Shown: positions 1 to 12,006 of the stretch, piece after piece
Position numbering within the stretch: the stretch's first letter is position 1
Layout: every line of letters begins with the position of its first letter
NCBI GenBank assembly: GCA_951406725.2
Contig: OX597816.1
Coordinates: 6,882,001-6,946,000, forward strand
Direction of reading: 5' to 3'
DNA: 64,000 nt
Source: Octopus vulgaris
Lineage: Eukaryota
Notes under the pieces: generated by a model
What the model was told of the DNA's origin: nothing
The model's database searches: none
Seen by the model: the letters and a program-made list of their open reading frames with translations, nothing else
Made by a program: the position numbers and the translations under genes

Positions 1-489
1 ACAAAAGACTTGAACCCAAACATTTTGGTTTGCCTCTGCCTGGCACATTGCTTGCATCCATTCAACAACTCTCAGATTTTAGTGTTGCAAATGTGGGCTT
101 CTTTCTGAGAAGTACAACCACATTTTATAGAGCAGGAATGGAGTCATTAAATGGACACGGTATGTTACTGGTATTTGTAGTTTATCAGAGGTCAGCAACA
201 TTGATTCAGGCAACAGATGAATAGAAATGCAATTAGACATTTGGTCTAGCACCATGCCAGTATCCTAATCTCGAGTCTTGTAAACATTGCTGTAAGTTTT
301 TTGTTGTTGTTGTTGTTGTTGTTTGTTCCTTCTCGAGCAATGATTGGCTCATAAGGGCCGGTTTCCCGGTTTCTTGGCATATAGGTTCCCCACCTGGATG
401 GGACATCAGTCCATTGCAGGTGAGCTGCAAGATGCAGGAGGAAAGAGTGAGAGAAAGTTGTGGTGAAAGACTCAGCAGAAGAATCGCAC

Positions 490-1002
490 TATTTCACACA
501 GCTATCCTCATCCATTCTCACCACATGACCATACCAGCGCAGTCGTCTCTCTTGCACACCACATCTGATGCTTCTTAGGTCCAACTTTTCTCTCAAGGTA
601 CTTACACTCTGTCGAGTATGAACACTGACATAACACATCCAGCGGAGCATACTGGCTTCATTCCTTGCAAGCTTATGCATGTCCTTAGCAGTCACGGCCC
701 ATGTTTCACTGCCATGTAGCATAGCTGTTCGTACACATGCATCATACAGTCTACCTTTTACTCTGAGCAAGAGGCCCTTTGTCACCAGCAGGGGTAAGAA
801 CTCTCTGAACTTTGCCCAAGCTATTCATATTCTAGCTGCTACACTCTCAGAGCATCCACCCTTGCTACTGACTTGATCACCTAGGTAATGGAAGCTATCA
901 ACTACTTCTAGTTTTTCTCCTGGGAATGTGGCAGAAGTTGGTCTCTGTACAATTTCAGTGTTTATTGCTCCTGAGCATCTGCCACATACAAAAACTCTCT
1001 TC

Positions 1003-1003
<1 letters not shown>
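490..1003 (-). mobile_element. RTE LINE fragment (C-terminal ORF), same family as 50253-53662
   Basis: [31 protein letters not shown] nearly identical to the long copy; frameshifted. Confidence 0.9.
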
Positions 1004-1067
<64 letters not shown>

Positions 1068-1161
1068 ACAAGAAATAATATTTATCTCGTATTATAGAAA
1101 TAAAAGAACTGCAAAAGAAGTGCTCAAATATAAATGAGACAAAGATAAAGAAGCATTGGTT

Positions 1162-1486
1162 ATAGAACAAACATTAAATTTGGGTCAACGACTTTATATA
1201 CAACACCACCCCTCAAACATTTATAAAAATCACCAAGGTCTACAAGCATAAAAAAATATAATACATATACATAAAATCACAGAATGTAAAAATATATATA
1301 TTCTAATAAAATACAAATAGAACGGCTCTAATTGTATTTTTTTAGAATATATATATTTTACATTCTGTGATTTTATGTATTATTTTTTGTGTTTGTAGAC
1401 CATGGTGTTTTTTTTATATATGATTAAATGTTTGAGGGGTGGCATTGTATATAAAGTCACTGACCTGAATTTAATGTTTGTTCTAT
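1162..1486. repeat. Imperfect fold-back palindrome, arms about 155 bp, short loop near 1320-1328
   Basis: atagaacaaacattaaatt..aaatcacagaatgtaaaaatatatatattcta mirrored by tagaatatatatatttttacattctgtgattt..aatttaatgtttgttctat. Confidence 0.85.
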
Positions 1487-1884
1487 CACCAGCGTTAGGA
1501 AGGGCATCCAGCTGTAGAAACTCTGCCAGATTAGATTGGAGTTTGGTGCAGCCCCAGGCTCACCAGTCCCCAGTCAAACCGTCCAACCCATGCCAGCATG
1601 GAAAGCGGGCATTAAATGATGATGATGATATATAAATATATAAATGGAGCAAAAACGCCATAGAGGACATTAAAACATTCGGACAGATAGACGATACAAA
1701 GGCGGACAGGAGAAACAACAATTGGAAGGACAGGCAAAAACAGACAGGTCATTTGTGGCTCTCTTTCCTCAGTAAAGTTCCAGCAGTCATGACCATTTCG
1801 GGCAAGAGAGAGAGAGAGTGAGAGAAATTTCATAACGACGATGTTTTGTGTTTGTTTGATGATGGTTTGGTGAATATGTATAAA

Positions 1885-2277
1885 CTAGCAGTATCGCCCG
1901 GCCTTGCTCAGGTTTGTTTCGACCCTTTAGAATTGGAATTTTTGAAAAGTAAAAGTTTTGCATTATGTAGCTTGTTATTCTCTTTAAGTGTACATTTTTC
2001 TGGTTGAAATACACCGAAAAATGGTGACACAGCAGTCAAAAAATTGTAAAAAATAGGGATTTTCATAGAAAAAAAAGCACCTTTTTGATGTAAATAATTT
2101 TTGGTGTCAACATGGTCTGATTTGAATTTTTTCTTCTACAGAAGGAAGAGCAAGCCTTCTTCTATCATACTCTCAATTTTGGTCAACTTGCGCCGCAGGG
2201 TCTCGGAGGAGATAGTGTTAGTTGAAGGCTACCAAACCTGTCATACACAGACAATTCCAGCTTTATATATAGAGAGA
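1885..2277 (-). mobile_element. Non-autonomous Helitron
   Basis: On - strand A|TC start, CTAG|T end, GC-rich hairpin about 10 nt before CTAG, no TSD. Confidence 0.75.
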
Positions 2278-2371
2278 TTACAAGAGCAGTTTTTGTCTTA
2301 AGCACATTTCCTGCCTAATACTAATACTACAAATGATAACAATGACACCAATTTCTTACTTTCATCTCAAG

Positions 2372-2532
2372 AATCAGTTTACGGAGCCTCTTGCAGTACC
2401 AAAATGTTGTCAGTGTCAGCAGTCGATGTGTCAGATTGTCCAGTTGTATTGTCCCCTCATGCAGTCGTCTTATCACCGAACTTTACATCTGTTCTCCTGC
2501 ATCAACACAACTTGTTGGGGTAAGAGCGAATG
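2372..2532 (+). CDS. PDCD2L: PDCD2L exon (NQFTEPLAVPKCCQC...CWGKSE)
   Basis: aag acceptor at 2369-2371, gtaagt donor at 2533, phase 0/2. Confidence 0.85.
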
Positions 2533-5500
2533 GTAAGTCACTGAAATTCTACATTTTTTTGGTTCTTTTAGTCATTTGAAGACCATCTCCTCTTCCTCCT
2601 CCTAATCATCATCATTTAACGTCCACTTTTTCATGTTTGCATGAGTCAGATCAAATTTGTTGAAGCAGATTTTTTTATGGCCAGACTGATATTCTTGCTG
2701 TTGCCAACCTTTGCCTGTTTCCAAGCGAGGCAATACTTTCCCATGGCCAAGGACATAAAAGCACCATTCAAGCAAGGTCACTGGGAGTGCCACCTGACAG
2801 GTTCCCATGCTGGTGGCACATAAAAACCACCATTCAAGCATGGTCGATGCCAGTGCCACCTGACTGGTTCCCATGCCAGTGGCATGTAAAAAGCACCCAC
2901 TATACTCTCAGTGTGGTTGGCATTAGGAAGGGCATCCAGCTGTGGAAACCTTACCAGATTAGATTGGAGCCTGGTGCAGCCTCCTGGCCTGCCAGTCCTC
3001 GGTCAAACCTTGGTTCTGGGTTCAGTTCCCCTCTGGGTACCTTGGGCAAGTGTTTTCTACTATAACCTTGAGCTGAACAAAATTTGGTTGTGGATTTGAT
3101 AGATGGAGTGGTTGGCATTAGGAAGGGCATCCAGCTGTAGAAACACTGCCAGATCAGATTGGAGCCTGGTGCTGCCTCCTGGCTTGCCGGTCCTCAGTCA
3201 AACCATCCAACCCATGCCAGCATGAGAAAGTGGACGTTAAACAATGATGATGATGATTTAGTTATTCCTGTAATCTGTTGGGAGAGACATCAACATCACA
3301 ATTTCCATCACCCAAGCCTTGAAATTAATTGATGAAATTCTCTAATTACGAGTAATTGAGTTTTTTTTGTTTTTGTTTTTTTTTTTTTAGCTGGAAAATT
3401 TTTCGTGAACAAAATTCGGAAGCAACTCCTGCTACTAATGCCTTCAACAACAATTCAGTAACTGAAAAAAAGGGTAAACTTGTTGATTCCTGGGGCTGTG
3501 ACGATAACACTTGGGACGATGACATAGAGGTAGATGAATGGTGTGAGCAGCCGAGCAATGGTTTGGCCGAAAGTGATCTCAGCAAGATGATGGATAACAA
3601 ATGTAAACTCGGTGAACAGGATGCAGAGACTAAAAACAGAGCGTGTGAGGAAATGAGCAAGTAAGTAAATAGCTAATTAACAAATTAATTACCAACATGT
3701 CCCACTGGTGGTTCATTACAAACTCTGCTCAAGTGCCAGATGCACCACCAAATGCTACGTTTCCATAATTTGAGAAAATATTTTATTCTATGGTTTCAAA
3801 GATATTTAACCCTTTAGTGTTTAAACTGGCCAAATCCGGCCCAATATATTCTACATGTTTTATATTCAAACTGGCGATGTCTAGCCTCTCACACCTAACC
3901 TACAATGCCATTCTAAAAATAAGCAATCACATCATTGAAACCTCAAAGCTGTAAGATGATCCAGGATTAATTCAAAACAATTTGAGTGAAAAAGTATTAC
4001 ATTTATCAGAGTAATCTGAACACTAAAGGGTTAAATAACATGGGTGCTAAATATTAAAGTTTAATTATGAAATATTGTAAAAATGCCAGAAAATTATGTC
4101 TCCTTGTAATTAACCCTTTCGATACCAACCCAGATGAAACCGCCTCTGGATCTGTAGTACAAATGTCTTGTTTTCAAAAGTTCTGAATTAAAATCTTCCA
4201 CTAAACCTTACTCACAATTTATATTCTTAATACTAGCTTAATGATAACTCAATTATTTTACTAAATTCTTTGTTATATTTAAAATAATTGAAAGAAACAC
4301 AGAGCATCCTAAAAGAAATACAGTAATCAAAGGGTTAAACAGCATGCAGCGTGGTCAAAACGATGTGGTGTCACTGATAAGTTCTAGTAACAGGCGATGG
4401 TAGTTAACATGTTTAAACTACTTTTATACACATCGTGCTTGAGAAGGAAGAGTCATCAAGCCAAGTAAAATTGCAGTCATAGGAGATGGCACCCGTGCCA
4501 GTGGCACATAAAAGCACCCATTACACTCACAGTGTGGTTAGCTCTCTAATACAAGTGTCTTGTTTTCATAAGTTCTGAATTAAAATCGTCCACCAAACCT
4601 TAGTTACAATTTATGTTCAGCAGAAGAAACCATGCCAAATCAGACTGGAGTCTGGTGCAACCTTCCAGCTTACCAGCCCTGGTCAAACCGTCCAACCCAC
4701 ACCAGCATGGGCAACAGACGTTGAATGATGATGATGATGATCTTTGAGTTTACATTTGTTTTTCTTGAGGGACAGATATGGTATCATTTTCAGTTCTTAA
4801 GGCGGTGAGCTGGCAGAATCGTTAGCACGCTGGGCAAAATGCTTAGCGGTATTTCGTCTGCCACTACGTTCTGAGTTCAAATTCCGCCAAGGTAGACTTT
4901 GCCTTTCATCCTTTCTGGGTCGATAAATTAAGTACCAGTTACACACTGGAGTTGATGTAATCGACTTAATCCCTTTGTCTGTCCTGGTTTGTCCCCTCTA
5001 TGTTTAGCCCCAAGTGGTTAATAAAGAAACAAGTAGCATTAGCACACTGGGCCAAATGCTTATAACCTGAGTTCCTATTGCCCTTGTCTCCTATCTAAGG
5101 GCAATGGTTTATTTCTCATCCACTTTTGGTCTTGGAACTCAAAGAAAGCACTCTGCCCAATAAAACAACCCTGGCAGTTTCTGCAATTATTCATTTCAAA
5201 TGTCTTATTGATAAAACAGGACTTTAATCCAGCTAATATATTAATTTCAAATTTTAGCACAAGGCCAGCAATTTCGAGGGAGGGGCTTTGTCAATTACCC
5301 CACCCCCACCCCCAAGTGCTCAACTAGTTCTTGTTTTATCAACTCCAAAAGGATGAAGGGCAAAGTCAACGTTGGAGGAATTTGAGCTCAGAATGTAAAA
5401 GACAGACGAAATGCTGCTAAGCCCTCATGCTAACGATGATTCTGCTAGCTTGCTGCCTTTAATCCAGATAATGGTAACAACATCAATAATAATAATATAA

Positions 5501-8500
5501 TAAACTATAGATTAGAAGCCTTTAAGGACCAAATCTTCCCCTTCCGTGTCTCGAAATTGTCTAAATGGAAACAGATGGTATTGTAGTTATCTCCCTTGCT
5601 TACTATTTTAAAAGTTATTCTCTCCCCCACCCCCAGAGGGAACTGTTTAATTAATTAATTAGTTGGTTAAACTTAATGGATCAAAGTTTTTCAAATCCTT
5701 CCATTATATATATAAAAAACACTTTCTCACTTTCTTATAGTCTAGTTAGTGGTGAGTGGCATGGCTGAAGTGTCAAGCAAGCTTCTATAGAGGCTGAGTC
5801 AACAACTTAAATTTCATTCCTGATTGTAGTTCTTTCATTTCCTCATCAATATTTGAACAGATTTTATATTATTGATGGATGTCTTCTCTTCTCATGGCAG
5901 ATCAAGAAATTCTGTTTCTCATACACTAGTTTGTTTATCGACCCTTTAGAATTGGCATTTTTGAAAAGTAAAAATTTTGCATTATGTAGCTTGTTATTCT
6001 CTTTAAGTGAACATTTTTCTGGTTGAAATACACCGAAAAATGGCGACACAGCAGTAAAAAAAATCGTTAAAAAATAGGGATTTTCATAGAAAAAAAGCAC
6101 CTCTTTGATGTAAATAATGTTTGGTGTTAACATGGTCCGATTTGAATTTTTTCTTCTACGGAAGGAAGAGCAAGCCTTCTTCTATCATACTCTCAATTTT
6201 GGTCAACTTGTGTCGCAGGGTCCCAGAGGAGATAGTGTTAGTTGAAGGCTACCAAACCTGCCATACACAGACAACTTCAGCTTTATAGAGAGAGATTGGT
6301 ATATGGAAGGAAGTAACTATTGATCTTCGTTAATATACTTTAGCCTGTTAGCTGGATCATTAGCACTTCATCTGTCTTTACATTCTGAGTTCAACTCCAA
6401 CCAAAGTCAACTTTACTTTCCATCCGTTCAGGGTCAATGAAATAAGTACCAGCTGTGCACTGGGGTCGATGTAATTCCATTTACTCACTTCCTGAAATTA
6501 TGCCAAAATTGAGACCAATATATCTTAGACTTCTTTTAATTTTCTTTATCAAGGAATGGTGCCAGTTCTTCTATGAGCGAGAGAATAATGTTTGAATTGA
6601 TTTTAATAGAATTATTACAGTAAGCCAGAGAAGTGGGTGACCTTCCTAATGCCAACCACTTTACGATGTGTCCTGGAGGCTCTTTACGTGACACCCTCAC
6701 CTGTGTTTTGTATGCGCCAGCAGTACCTTTATATCCTGTAAAGTTTATTTTTCTTATGTCTCAACACAGCATTCCTAAAAGAATATGGCATTGGCCATGT
6801 TGAGTTTCATCATCATCATCATCGTTTAACGTCCGTTTTCCATGCTAGCATGGGTTGGACGGTTCGACCAGGGATCTGGGAAGCCAGGAGGCTGCACCAG
6901 GCTCCAGTCTGATCTGGCAGTGTTTCTACAGCTGGATGCCCTTCCTAACGCCAACCACTCCGTGAGTGTAGTGGGTGCTTTTTTACGTGCCAGGGGAGAC
7001 AGGCAGCGGCCACGATTGGTTGGTGCTTTTTACGTGCCACCTGCACAGATGCCTGTCAAGGCGGCGCTGGCATTGGCCATGTTCGGATGGTGCTTTTTAC
7101 GTGCCACCGGCACAGAAGCCAGTCAAGGCGGCGCTGGCATTGGCCATGTTCGGATGGTGCTTTTTACGTGCCACCGGCACAGGTATCACATAAAATTTCT
7201 AGTGAGCAGAATGGCCAAATGATTCAGAAGTTCACTTCACCATTCTGCAGTGCCTGACGCAAGCCCTGTCAATGAAATTAAGTTGACGAAAACTCTGTGA
7301 AACCCCATCAACTGAAGACAAGGAAATTCCCTGATCCATCGGGAATTACTGCTAAGATGCTGAAAATATGTGGCAGAGTATGAAATGGCCCAGGTTGTGC
7401 AGGAAGAGGTCATACCCAATGACAGGTGTAGCAGCATTTTAAGGGGGGAGGAGATGTCTTAGATAGAAGCAACCAGAGAGGCATCAAATTGTTGGAGCAG
7501 GTCATGAAAGTCACAGCGTTCCGATTACTCTGTCAAATCTAATGCTTTTCCATTCACATTGTTTTGAATTAATCCTGCATTATCTTGTAACTCTGAGAAT
7601 TTGATGATGTGAGGATCAGAATCGAAATCAATCAATGGAAATTGCAGCTGAGTTACCAGTGCCGGTGGCACGTAAGAGAACCATCTGTTCGTGACCGTTG
7701 CCAGCGCCGCCCCGACTGGCCTCGTGCCGGTGGCACGTAAAAAGCACCATCCAGTCGTGTCCGTTGCCAGCTTCGCCTGGCCCCCGTGCCGGTGGCACGT
7801 AAAAGCATTATCCGTTCGTGGCCGTTTGCCAGCCTCGCCTGGCACCTGTGCTGGTGGCACTTAAAAAGCACCCACTACACTCATGGAGTGGTTGGCGTTA
7901 GGAAGGGCATCCAGCTTTAGAAACCAAGCCAAAACTGACTGTGGAACCTGGTGCAGCCTCCTGGCTTCCCAGACCTGCACTCGAACCATCCAACCCATGC
8001 CAGCATGGAAAGCGGACGCTAAATGATGATGATGTGATGGTTTATTTTGAGGATGTCATTGTAGGATATGAGTGAGAGGCCTGATCTGGATGGTTTGAAC
8101 ATAAAAGAAATAGAAAATTCGGGGCCGGATATGGCCAGTTTAAATGCCAAAGGGTTAACGAAGTTTAGAACATAGAAGGTGTGTCAGTCTGACAGATACA
8201 GGTGAAGATTATGTTTTGTGTGTGTAAGAGAGAGATTAACACATTTTTTTGTCATTCAGCTGGAGTTAAGTTGTCTTCCTTTACACTAAATGTGACTTTT
8301 TGTTCTTTCAAGATTTGATAAAATAAGAACCAGATTAAAGTTAAAACCCAACATGGCTGTAATCCAGTGACTTGAGATATTTAGCCATAACTGACATTTC
8401 TAACTTGTGTAGCCTCCATTTCCCAACTGTGTGCTTAAATGAAGCCAAGAAAGCATATCGTATTGCCCAATGCATCAGGGGTATTCTTAACAGGGCCGGA

Positions 8501-10634
8501 CATGCGTGGCTGCAATCTCATTTTAGTTGCTGGGTCTTATCTATAAACTAGCAGTATAGCCCGGCATTGCTCGGGTTTGTTTTCTTTTCAACCCTTTAGA
8601 ATTGGAATTTTTGAAAACATGAAACTCTTTATTCTCACACGATTTCATTAGCTTTAATATCAATTAAAAAAAAGAAATTATAAATCTTGATTGTCATTGT
8701 CATCATTTAACATCTACTTTCCATGCTGGCATGGGTTGGACAGTTTGAAAGGAGCTGACAATCCCCAAGAGCAGCACCTGGTTCCATTGTCAATTTTGGA
8801 ATGGTTTCTTCACCTGCATGCCCACCACTTTAGTGAGTACATGGTACTGGCATGTGAATTGAATTGTTTTTGTTACAGAAAAATGTTTTTCTTAGTTGAT
8901 AAAATAAATTTCTCCCTCTTATGAAATTCTGATTAAGATCATACTATTTATTTATATATGTATATATATTTTTTCTTTTTCTTAATAAAGTTGCTTCCCA
9001 CAAACGAGCTCAACTTCCCACCAAAACCATCAACTAAATTACAAAGATGAACCGTGCCTCAAGCCTTATTATTTAAATGTATACGAAGAATCAGAAGAAG
9101 CCCGTCACTCTGAGCACATCCAACAGCTTCTGGAAAACTATAAAGAAAAAGAAGGAAAAGCTTACGAAGAAATGATCAGTGCTGCTCAGTGAGTTTAGAA
9201 CACCTTGTGATGGTTCTGTGACTTTTTTTTTTTTTTTATATCACGATTGTTTAACATCCATTTTCCATGCTGGCATGGGTTGGATGGTTTGACTGAGGTC
9301 TGGAGAGCCAGCGACTGCTCCAGGCTCCAATCTGATCTGGCAATGTTTCTACAGCTGGATGCCCTTCCTAATGCTAACCACTCTTTAGAGTGTAGTGGGT
9401 GCTTTTTACGAGCCCCTGACACAGGAGCCAGTCAGTTGGGCCTAGTATTGATCACATTTAGATAGTGCTTTTACATGCCACCGGCACAGGGGCCAGTCAG
9501 GCAGGCCTAGCATCGATCAGGTTTGGATAATGCTTTTACGTGCCAGTTGGGGGTTACTGGCATCAGCCATGTTCGGATGGTGCTATTTGCATGCCACCGG
9601 AATGGGAGCCAGTCAGGGGGCACTGGCCACAGCTACGATATTGGTTTTACTAGACTCAAAAGGTCTTCGCAAGCATATCGTATCACCCAGTGCATCAGGG
9701 GTATTCTTAACAGGGCCGGACATGCATGACTGCAATCTCATTTTAGTTGCTGGGTCTTATCTATAAACTAGCAGTATAGCCCGGCATTGCTCGGGTTTGT
9801 ATTCTTTTCAACCCTTTAGAATTGGAATTTTTGAAAAGCAAAAATTTTGCATTATGTAGCTTATTATTCTCTTTAAGTGAACCTTTTTTTGGTTGAAATA
9901 CACAGAAAAATGGCGACCCAGCAGTAAAAAATAGGGATTTTCATAGAAAAAAAAGCACCTCTTTGATGTAAATAATTTTTGGTGTTAACATGGTCCGATT
10001 TGAATTTTTTCTTCTACGGAAGGAAGAGCAAGCCTTCTTCTATCATACTCTCAATTTTGGTCAACTTGCGCCGCAGGGTTTCGGAGGAGATAGTGTTAGT
10101 TGAAGGCTACCAAACCTGCCACACACACAGACAACTTCAGCTTTATATATATAAAGACATAATTTTACTCACGCTGAAAAAAAAAATTCAGAAACTTACT
10201 CAGTTTCACGTAACTGCTCAGACTTGTGTTCTGAATACTCACAACCATTTGACAAATGGTTAGAGGAAATTCTGAGTAACCATTCTTGAAGTTCCCTCAG
10301 CTTCAACAGAAATACCATATTTTAAGTCTACCTTTGGAATTTGAGAACTATTTTCTCCACCAGATTTTGCACCTGTGTAAACGTGTGTCTCTGTCTGTGT
10401 GCATACACACATGATTTCATCTATCAGCTTAACAAAGCAGTAATTCAAGTCTTTCTTTCCACAGGGTGGGGAAAACTTCCGGTGGATGTACAGAAACCTA
10501 TGAAAAGACCAACGTGCAACATGGAGATAAATCTGTCTACAAATTTTATAAAATTCTATCAAAATGGCCAGAACAGTGTGTAAGGTAAACCTATATCTTA
10601 ATTGCATCATATGACATAATAGTTTTACAGTGTA

Positions 10635-10666
<32 letters not shown>

Positions 10667-11382
10667 TAATGATTTTATTTAAGAAATACTGTTTAATTCT
10701 ATTTGATTATTTATTTAACAATTATTGTTGACCTGAGGACTATACTTTTAAATCGAATTGTTTTTCGATTAAATTTAATTGTAATTCAAATTGAAATTAT
10801 AGCCATGAAACATACGTAGTCTTTTTACTCATATATTGTTTATTCATTTTTGTACTTTTTGTGATCTAGATAAATGTTTTATGTTTTCTTTATGATTTGG
10901 TTTATGTCTATCATTGTTTGAATTACATAATAGTGATTTTTTTTTTTCTCTAATTTATATATAAATTTATATATATATATATAGAGGAGTTTACAAATGT
11001 ATTCCATCTTTCGTAATGTTGAACAGGTATGAGCTTGGTGGGAAACCAGTCACATTAACAAAGAACGCTCCTGATCCCGGCTGCTGTAGTTATTGTGGAG
11101 CAGACCGACAGTTTGAATTCCAGTTGATGCCAGCTCTTGTCAAAGACCTCAATCTTCTTGGTAGCAATGGTAAGTTAGAGTTGCCACAATCTTAAAACCA
11201 GGCATTACTTAGCCACTTGTTTCACCATGGAGCATAGAACTGAATGCCTTTCGTATCTTTCAGATTGTGCTGTAGAGTTTGGAACCGTCATTTGCTACAG
11301 TTGTTCACTGAGTTGTTGGGACGACCAGAAGGACAAATGGAGAGAAGAAGAATGTTTTGTACAAGACGAACAATCTATGTAA
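2372..11382 (+). CDS. PDCD2L: Programmed cell death protein 2-like, spliced CDS, 5' incomplete (exons 2372-2532, 3391-3660, 8991-9188, 10465-10584, 11027-11169, 11264-11382)
   Basis: Six GT-AG exons with consistent phases. Motifs QIVQLYCPL..YHRTLHLFSC, YEKT..GDK..YKF..PEQCVRY, CSYCGADRQFEFQLMPALV and VEFGTVICYSCSLSCW..REE match the PDCD2/TSR4 family. No MYND finger and an acidic Trp-rich middle favour PDCD2L over PDCD2. Confidence 0.9.
3391..3660 (+). CDS. PDCD2L: PDCD2L exon (WKIFREQ...CEEMS)
   Basis: Poly-T plus ag acceptor, gtaagt donor at 3661, acidic DSWGCDDNTWDDD region. Confidence 0.85.
3807..4034. mobile_element. piggyBac-type MITE, subfamily 1 (other copies near 7520-8158, 11565-11785, 24595-24821, 49213-49436)
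   Basis: TTAA-CCCTTTAGTGTT...AACACTAAAGGG-TTAA termini. Confidence 0.8.
4110..4338. mobile_element. piggyBac-type MITE, subfamily 2 (other copies near 15300-15525, 23261-23472)
   Basis: TTAA-CCCTTT..AAAGGG-TTAA termini and a shared 230-bp body. Confidence 0.8.
4799..5030 (+). mobile_element. tRNA-derived SINE family C (other copies near 5250-5460, 6345-6520, 18720-18930, 22120-22345, 48260-48470, 48995-49205, 56865-57085, 61330-61525, 63365-63780)
   Basis: A/B-box-like tggcagaatcgttag and gagttcaaattcc, conserved core gcctttcatcctttc..gtcgataaattaagtacca. Confidence 0.75.
5926..6295 (-). mobile_element. Non-autonomous Helitron, same family, subterminal hairpin deleted
   Basis: Near-identical body to 1885-2277. 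Confidence 0.7.
6806..7190 (-). mobile_element. Short RTE-3'-end retroposon, family A (about 25 copies in both orientations, e.g. 7612-8035, 9245-9760, 11545-11980, 21567-21858, 26233-26572, 40902-41590, 59827-60250)
   Basis: (GAT)n tail, catgctagcatg palindrome, ggaagggcatccagctgtagaaac core and gtgccaccggcac units match the 3' UTR of the RTE at 50253-50862. Confidence 0.85.
7255..7518 (+). mobile_element. Degenerate RTE reverse transcriptase fragment
   Basis: Translates to PDPSGITAKMLK..VIPND..RGIKLLEQVMKVT with indels. Confidence 0.75.
8991..9188 (+). CDS. PDCD2L: PDCD2L exon (CFPQT...KPYYLNVYEE..HIQQLLENYKEKEG)
   Basis: aag acceptor, gtgagt donor at 9189, phase fits neighbours. Confidence 0.85.
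9768..10157 (-). mobile_element. Non-autonomous Helitron, same family
   Basis: ctagcagtatagcccggcattgctcggg terminus and shared body. Confidence 0.75.
10465..10584 (+). CDS. PDCD2L: PDCD2L exon (ETYEKTNVQHGDKSVYKF..WPEQCVR)
   Basis: ttccacag acceptor, gtaaac donor, start of PDCD2_C domain. Confidence 0.88.
11027..11169 (+). CDS. PDCD2L: PDCD2L exon (YELGGKPV..CSYCGADRQFEFQLMPALV)
   Basis: cag acceptor, gtaagt donor, conserved FEFQLMP. Confidence 0.9.
11264..11382 (+). CDS. PDCD2L: PDCD2L last coding exon (VEFGTVICYSCSLSCW...EQSM*)
   Basis: tttcag acceptor, TAA at 11380-11382. Confidence 0.9.
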
Positions 11383-11483
11383 CACCAAAAAAAAAAAAAA
11401 AATACTAAGAAGCTTTGAATGGTACAAAACAATTGGCTGTATACCTGTTGTAATTTAGTCATCCATATAGTCTGATATTTCGG

Positions 11484-11489
11484 AATAAA
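11484..11489 (+). promoter_or_regulatory. Candidate PDCD2L poly(A) signal AATAAA
   Basis: First AATAAA after the stop, about 100 nt downstream. Confidence 0.5.
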
Positions 11490-11564
11490 ATTCCTTCAGA
11501 TATTCTTAGATTCACTGCTTGGAAAACCGATCATAGCAGTGACCCCATCATCATCATCGTTTAA

Positions 11565-11785
11565 CCCTTTAGTGTTCAGATTATTCTATCAAACATAATG
11601 CTTATTGATTCCCATTGATTTGAATTAATCATGCATTATCTCATATCTCCAAGATCTTGATGGTGTAATTACTTAATGTAGAATAACATTGTAGGGTAGG
11701 TGTGAGGGCCTGGATCTGGTCAGTTTGGACATAAAACAGATTAGCTATTTTGGCCGGATATATACCCGGTTTGAACACTAAAGGG
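11565..11785. mobile_element. piggyBac-type MITE nested in an RTE-tail element
   Basis: Splits host cgtTTAAcgtccg; TTAA duplicated at 11561-11564 and 11786-11789. Confidence 0.9.
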
Positions 11786-12006
11786 TTAACGTCCGTTTTC
11801 CACGCTAGCACGGGTTGGATGGTTCGACCGGAGTCTGGGAAGCCAGGGGCTGCTCCAGGCTCATCTGGCAGAGTTTCTACGGCTGGATGCCCTTCCTAAC
11901 GCCAACCACTCCGCGAGTGTAGTGGGTGCTTTTTACGTGCCAGCGGCACGGAAGCCAGCCAAGGCGGCGCTGGCAACGTTCATCTAAGAATATCTGAAGA
12001 AGGAAT

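Noticed and set aside
30-224. Possible first coding exon of PDCD2L
   Set aside because: No recognisable N-terminal K(I/L)GGxPD motif or convincing phase-0 donor; the exon is probably upstream of the window.
6842-7222. Recurring short ORFs such as [12 protein letters not shown] and [12 protein letters not shown]
   Set aside because: Translations of the non-coding family A repeat; frames and stops vary between copies.
11387-11402. A16 run just after the PDCD2L stop suggesting a retrocopy
   Set aside because: The gene has canonical introns; this is a genomic A tract that could cause oligo-dT mispriming.
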